Under the pieces are notes generated by a model. It was not told the DNA's origin, searched no databases, and saw nothing but the letters and a program-made list of their open reading frames with translations. Below are positions 60,244-64,000 of a stretch of 64,000 nt of DNA, in pieces. The DNA lies in the IMG/VR virus record IMGVR_UViG_2600254917_000001, positions 31,254 through 95,253 of that record; one strand, 5' to 3'. Each line of letters begins with the position of its first letter. Positions within the stretch are counted from its first letter, which is position 1. The stretch comes from a virus (taxonomy: Duplodnaviria; Caudoviricetes). The position numbers and the translations under genes are program-made.

Positions 60244-61011
60244 TTACAGTAGATTCGCCAGCTCAACGAAACAGCGCTGGTAGAAGTGCGGCTGTGTAGC
60301 CCGCGGATTACCCGGCGCGGTTAGATTCTTGCCATATTGCAGCCCGGTCTCCGTAAAGCACCAATAGTGCTTTTCCCCACGCGTGCTGCTTCTGGTCTTC
60401 TGCTCGACAATCCCCAGCTCCGCCAGGCGTGCGTACGCTTTCTGCGAGGAGAGCTTAATACCACGTTCTGTTAGAAGCTGGCGCAGGCTGGCCGTTGGCT
60501 CGCTACTGCCGCCAGTAGCATCGGGCGGCGCGTCTATAGCGTAACCCGGGAGGAGATCCGGAAGGCCTGCAGCGCTCTGCAACTTGCGCAGCCCGGCAAG
60601 GACGCTGCTATCAGATAGGTGGAGTAATTTCCTGCTCCCATCCAGCAGCGCGACGCCCGCGGCAATCGTGTCGACCGTACTGGTGGTCGGAGCTGGAGTA
60701 TTATTTGTCGTAGTACCGTAAATCACTGCCTCAAGTTCACGCAGTCGCTTCAGTACCTTCATGCGCAAAGTCGCGCTGTAGCCCATAAGCAGGCATTCGA
60801 CATGCAAGCGGTCGAGATAATATTCTCTTCGTGTACGGTTCATTGTGTCTTGGTATGGAACTACATTTTTAGAGATATCCCCAATGCTGGGGTTATCTCT
60901 GTAAAGTTCTTCCATCATGTTATCAATGTCTCGAACAACATGATCGTGGCGCTTACCTGTTAGATTCGCTATCTCTCGGCTACCCATACGCACATCAGTT
61001 GAGAGCATCAT
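60244..61011 (-). CDS. Rha-family antirepressor-like protein, copy 3
   Basis: MGSREIANLTGKRHDHVVRDI plus shared C-terminal domain. Confidence 0.8.
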   Translation of the reverse strand: MMLSTDVRMGSREIANLTGKRHDHVVRDIDNMMEELYRDNPSIGDISKNVVPYQDTMNRTRREYYLDRLHVECLLMGYSATLRMKVLKRLRELEAVIYGTTTNNTPAPTTSTVDTIAAGVALLDGSRKLLHLSDSSVLAGLRKLQSAAGLPDLLPGYAIDAPPDATGGSSEPTASLRQLLTERGIKLSSQKAYARLAELGIVEQKTRSSTRGEKHYWCFTETGLQYGKNLTAPGNPRATQPHFYQRCFVELANLL

Positions 61012-61487
61012 GCCGCCACCTCCTCAAACACACGCATGCTCATCGCGCCACCAGCTATGTCGCCCGCAGTGCCCAGCAGCTGGCGCACGTCCTCAAGAAA
61101 CGCGTTGGTACCGAGCGGTTCAAGGATCCGCCGCGCGCATCTTATAAGCGTACGCAGCTGGCTAAACTTCGCGAACAGAACGGGAAGAGCCTCTTCAGGC
61201 GTTAGGTCTAGGTCATCGTCAAACAGATACGCGTGCCGGAAATCGGCCAACCTTGGTGCCGTATCCCACGCGCGCCAGATAGCGCGCTTGATCGCATCGA
61301 GCTGCAGCTGGTTGTTGCTGAGAGTGGAATCCGTTGCTGGTGGAGCGGTTAGAAGAATACGTGTGGCCAATGCTTCGACACAGACCGGGTCAGTGATGCT
61401 CAGGAACATTGATGCGCGCAGCGCGTTGAGGGCAAGTGCAGATAGCTGACTATCTGAAGGTAAAGTCTGGGTAGGGATGGTAGCCAT
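61008..61487 (-). CDS. Conserved first gene of C4-controlled operon, copy 3
   Basis: Paralog of 19331 and 33588 ORFs. Confidence 0.75.
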   Translation of the reverse strand: MATIPTQTLPSDSQLSALALNALRASMFLSITDPVCVEALATRILLTAPPATDSTLSNNQLQLDAIKRAIWRAWDTAPRLADFRHAYLFDDDLDLTPEEALPVLFAKFSQLRTLIRCARRILEPLGTNAFLEDVRQLLGTAGDIAGGAMSMRVFEEVAA

Positions 61488-61650
61488 GATGGCAGTCTCC
61501 TTGTGCTGGGTAAACCTCACCACAGAAGAGGCTAATCTTGCTGGTGGTGAGCTGAACAGGGTTAGCCTTACCGGTGCACAAGGTTCCCGGCGCGGATTTC
61601 TCCGCCCCTGCCCAACCCACCATAATTCAGGCGAGCGTTGGCGCTGACAA

Positions 61651-61730
61651 CAAAAAAGACGCTGGCGCGTCTATATGTCGCCTTGTGCATTTCCGGGAGG
61701 CTAATCCCGACACCAGATTTTGCTGGTGCC
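61651..61730 (-). ncRNA. c4: C4 antisense RNA, copy 3 (loops TTAGCCT / TGCACAAGG)
   Basis: Same scaffold; targets AGGCTAA and CCTTGTGCA in the downstream leader. Confidence 0.85.
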
Positions 61731-61793
61731 CTTATACGCTACAAGACCAAAACGGCCGTAGCAAGGCTTTTTTACAAGGCAAGACGCTGGCGA

Positions 61794-61993
61794 ATATCAT
61801 ACTAAACATTTTTTTAAATGCATAGTAAGGATACGCATCAGGCATGCATTAAAAATGCATTATAAGCACTTTTCATAATCACAATATGCATATGATGTAC
61901 ACACCTATAATTCTGTAAAGTAATTAAGCAGTTCAAAATAGCTTCATTTACGCCCTCGCCACCTTTATCATCAGTGATATCCTACTAAACATT
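61794..61993 (+). promoter_or_regulatory. Two putative C1 operators (61794-61810, 61977-61993) in a divergent promoter region
   Basis: ATATCATACTAAACATT and ATATCCTACTAAACATT. Confidence 0.7.
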
Positions 61994-62010
61994 AATTTTG
62001 TGATGGGGTT

Positions 62011-62292
62011 ATGGCTGACTACATCGAACATGGAATTGATCGCCGCATCCTGAAGCAGCTCGTCGCCGCACACCGCATTAAGCGCGTCGTGCTGCTGGGA
62101 ACCGCAACTGAAAACAAGATCCTGTATTCAGCACAGATAGAGCTGAAGACATCTCCTCTAAAACATCACGTCACAGGAAAGAACGGCGAGAAGCGAGTAT
62201 GGGCAATAGCCGGTCACGCACTCGACTTCTTATTCAAGCTCGGCATTTCTGAGATCGACGTCATTTTCGTGAACGGGGCTCACAATGAGTAA
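62011..62292 (+). CDS. Hypothetical protein upstream of rdgC
   Basis: 93 aa, overlaps rdgC start. Confidence 0.55.
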   Translation: MADYIEHGIDRRILKQLVAAHRIKRVVLLGTATENKILYSAQIELKTSPLKHHVTGKNGEKRVWAIAGHALDFLFKLGISEIDVIFVNGAHNE

Positions 62293-63193
62293 CTTTTTTA
62301 GTAACTGCTGCATTTACACCATTTCCCGCGACATGACATTCCCCCCAGCTGAAGAGCTGGAAAAACTCCTGGCTAAATATGCCTTTAATCCGTGTGGTCC
62401 CAACGAGATTGCCTCTACGGGCTGGTTCGCTCCAGTTCCATGCGGAACGTTACTTCATCACCCCATCGGCAAAGGGGTTATGCTCCAGCATCGGCGCGAA
62501 GCGAAGATCATCCCCCCTGCGTACATTCGCGAAATGACGGCGAAACGGATCGAGCAAATTCAGAACGCCGAAGGGCGCCCGCTCAAAAATGCAGAGAAGC
62601 GAGTTATCAAGGATGACGTGATCATCACGCTGATACCTCGTGCCTTTACCCGCATCATTGCCACCAGCATCTGGGTAGACGTGGAGAGCTGCCGTATATG
62701 GGTGGACTCTGCAAGCTCAAAACGCGCTGAAGATTGCCTTGCACTGCTTCGCAAAACACTTGGCTCACTGCCAGTGGTGCCCCTCACCATTGAAAATCCA
62801 GTGGAGCTTACACTGACAGAGTGGCTACGTGCTGGTGGCGCGCCGCGTTCATTCACGTTCGGTGAGGTGGCTGAAATGAAGTCCTTACTGGACGACGGTG
62901 GTATCGTTCGGTGTAAGAAGGTCGAGCTGGAAAGCGATGAAATCAAAACACACCTGGAAGCCGGTAAGCTCGTTACAAAGCTGGCCCTCGACTACATCGA
63001 CCGTGTTAGCTTCGTCGTTACCGATAGCGCCACGCTAACGCATCTGAAGTTCGCCGACGAGCTTCACGAGCAGAACGGAGATGTTGAGGAAGAAATGTCC
63101 CGCTTTGACGCCGACATGGTGTTAATGACAGCGGAGCTATCCGCGCTCCTTAAAGCTCTGGTGATCAGCTTAGGCGGAGAGGCGGAACGGTGA
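62285..63193 (+). CDS. rdgC: Recombination-associated protein RdgC (HrdC)
   Basis: LIPRAF, SSKRAEDCLALLRKTLGSLPV, HLEAGKLVTKLAL, RFDAD..LM. Confidence 0.92.
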   Translation: MSNFFSNCCIYTISRDMTFPPAEELEKLLAKYAFNPCGPNEIASTGWFAPVPCGTLLHHPIGKGVMLQHRREAKIIPPAYIREMTAKRIEQIQNAEGRPLKNAEKRVIKDDVIITLIPRAFTRIIATSIWVDVESCRIWVDSASSKRAEDCLALLRKTLGSLPVVPLTIENPVELTLTEWLRAGGAPRSFTFGEVAEMKSLLDDGGIVRCKKVELESDEIKTHLEAGKLVTKLALDYIDRVSFVVTDSATLTHLKFADELHEQNGDVEEEMSRFDADMVLMTAELSALLKALVISLGGEAER

Positions 63194-64000
63194 GGAATTT
63201 AACTTACGGCTCTGTATGCAGCGGCATTGAAGCGGCAAGCGTGGCGTGGGAACCGCTAGGGTTCACTCCAAAATGGTTTGCTGAAATTGAGCCGTTCCCG
63301 TGCGCAGTACTTGCAGAGCGCTGGCCCGGTATTCCCAATCTGGGGGATATGACCGTGATAGCCGAGCGCATCAGGGCGAAAGAGATCTCAGCCCCGGATA
63401 TCCTCGTCGGCGGTACCCCTTGCCAATCCTATTCAATCGCAGGCCTACGCGCTGGCCGTAAGGATCCGCGCGGCGCCCTAACCTTTTCCTATCTGGATTT
63501 AGCCAATGCAATCGACGAAGCACGAAGAGAAGACAACAAACCACCAGCAGTTGCTGTCTGGGAAAACGTTCCAGGAGTCTTATCTGACAAAGACAACGCC
63601 TTCGGACAGTTCCTTGCCGGCCTGGCTGGCGAAGATGCAGAGTTCGAACCTGGTTCACGACCTGAACGAGGAAAAAGCAGCCGTTACTGGCGCTGGAATG
63701 AAAAAACCCATAAGCATGTTGCATGCTGGCCGCAGCGCGGTTGTGTTTATGGACCACAGCGCAAAGTGGCCTGGCGAGTCCTCGATGCCCAATACTATGG
63801 AGTGGCACAACGACGCAAACGTGTGTTTGTTGTCGCAAGTGCTGGAGACGGGTTCGATCCCACAGAAGTATTATTTGAGTTCGAAGGCATGCGCAGGGAT
63901 ATTGCGCCGAGCCGAGGCACGGAAAAGGCGGTTGCCGCACTTACTGCAAGCGGCGTTGGAGTCCGTGGTGCAGACGACAATCAAGCACAAGCAGGACACA
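63190..64000 (+). CDS. dmt: C5-cytosine DNA methyltransferase (P1 Dmt position), runs off window end
   Basis: YGSVCSGIEAA, GGTPCQ, WENVPG, QRRKRVF; missed by the ORF track. Confidence 0.88.
   Translation, partial: MRNLTYGSVCSGIEAASVAWEPLGFTPKWFAEIEPFPCAVLAERWPGIPNLGDMTVIAERIRAKEISAPDILVGGTPCQSYSIAGLRAGRKDPRGALTFSYLDLANAIDEARREDNKPPAVAVWENVPGVLSDKDNAFGQFLAGLAGEDAEFEPGSRPERGKSSRYWRWNEKTHKHVACWPQRGCVYGPQRKVAWRVLDAQYYGVAQRRKRVFVVASAGDGFDPTEVLFEFEGMRRDIAPSRGTEKAVAALTASGVGVRGADDNQAQAGH

Noticed and set aside
63371-63940. 189-aa minus-strand ORF
   Set aside because: Antisense to the methyltransferase starting at 63190.
1-64000. IS elements, retron/DGR reverse transcriptase, tail-fibre invertase, type III R-M
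   Set aside because: No transposase, reverse transcriptase, serine invertase or res/mod motifs were recognised in this window; they may lie elsewhere on the replicon.

Overview
This window is about 64 kb of a divergent P1-like (Punavirus-type) temperate phage-plasmid from an enterobacterial host. Homology calls rest on my recall of P1 and other reference proteins plus gene order; no database search was run. P1-like genes: darB (partial, missed by the ORF track), prt, pro, repL, the lydA-lydB-hdf-darA-ddrA operon with ddrB displaced, dnaB/ban, lpa, pacA-pacB, c1, cre, mat, tail/baseplate genes 26-25-7-24-6-5, hrdC/rdgC and dmt (partial). Gene order is rearranged relative to P1 and several modules are replaced: a Rep_3 replicon with its own iterons, type Ib ParA plus a small partner, and a lambda R-type endolysin. 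The most unusual content is non-coding. (1) Three paralogous ImmI-like C4-RNA/antirepressor cassettes each carry their own co-varying antisense code, and there is a fourth orphan target. (2) A lox-type site unlike those I know sits next to an intact Cre homolog. (3) About 11 copies of a 17-bp asymmetric operator (probably C1) and a candidate late-promoter motif can be read directly from the sequence. (4) Four unannotated type I toxin-antitoxin loci are present. (5) Helically phased ATGCAT arrays occur at parA and at every C4 cassette. The element also encodes a DciA (DUF721) helicase loader alongside its own DnaB, an orphan Hcp module, umuDC/SRAP flanking an AT-rich probable defence insert, three DUF4145 genes and a frameshifted macrodomain gene. 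No CRISPR array, tRNA, rRNA or IS element was recognised.
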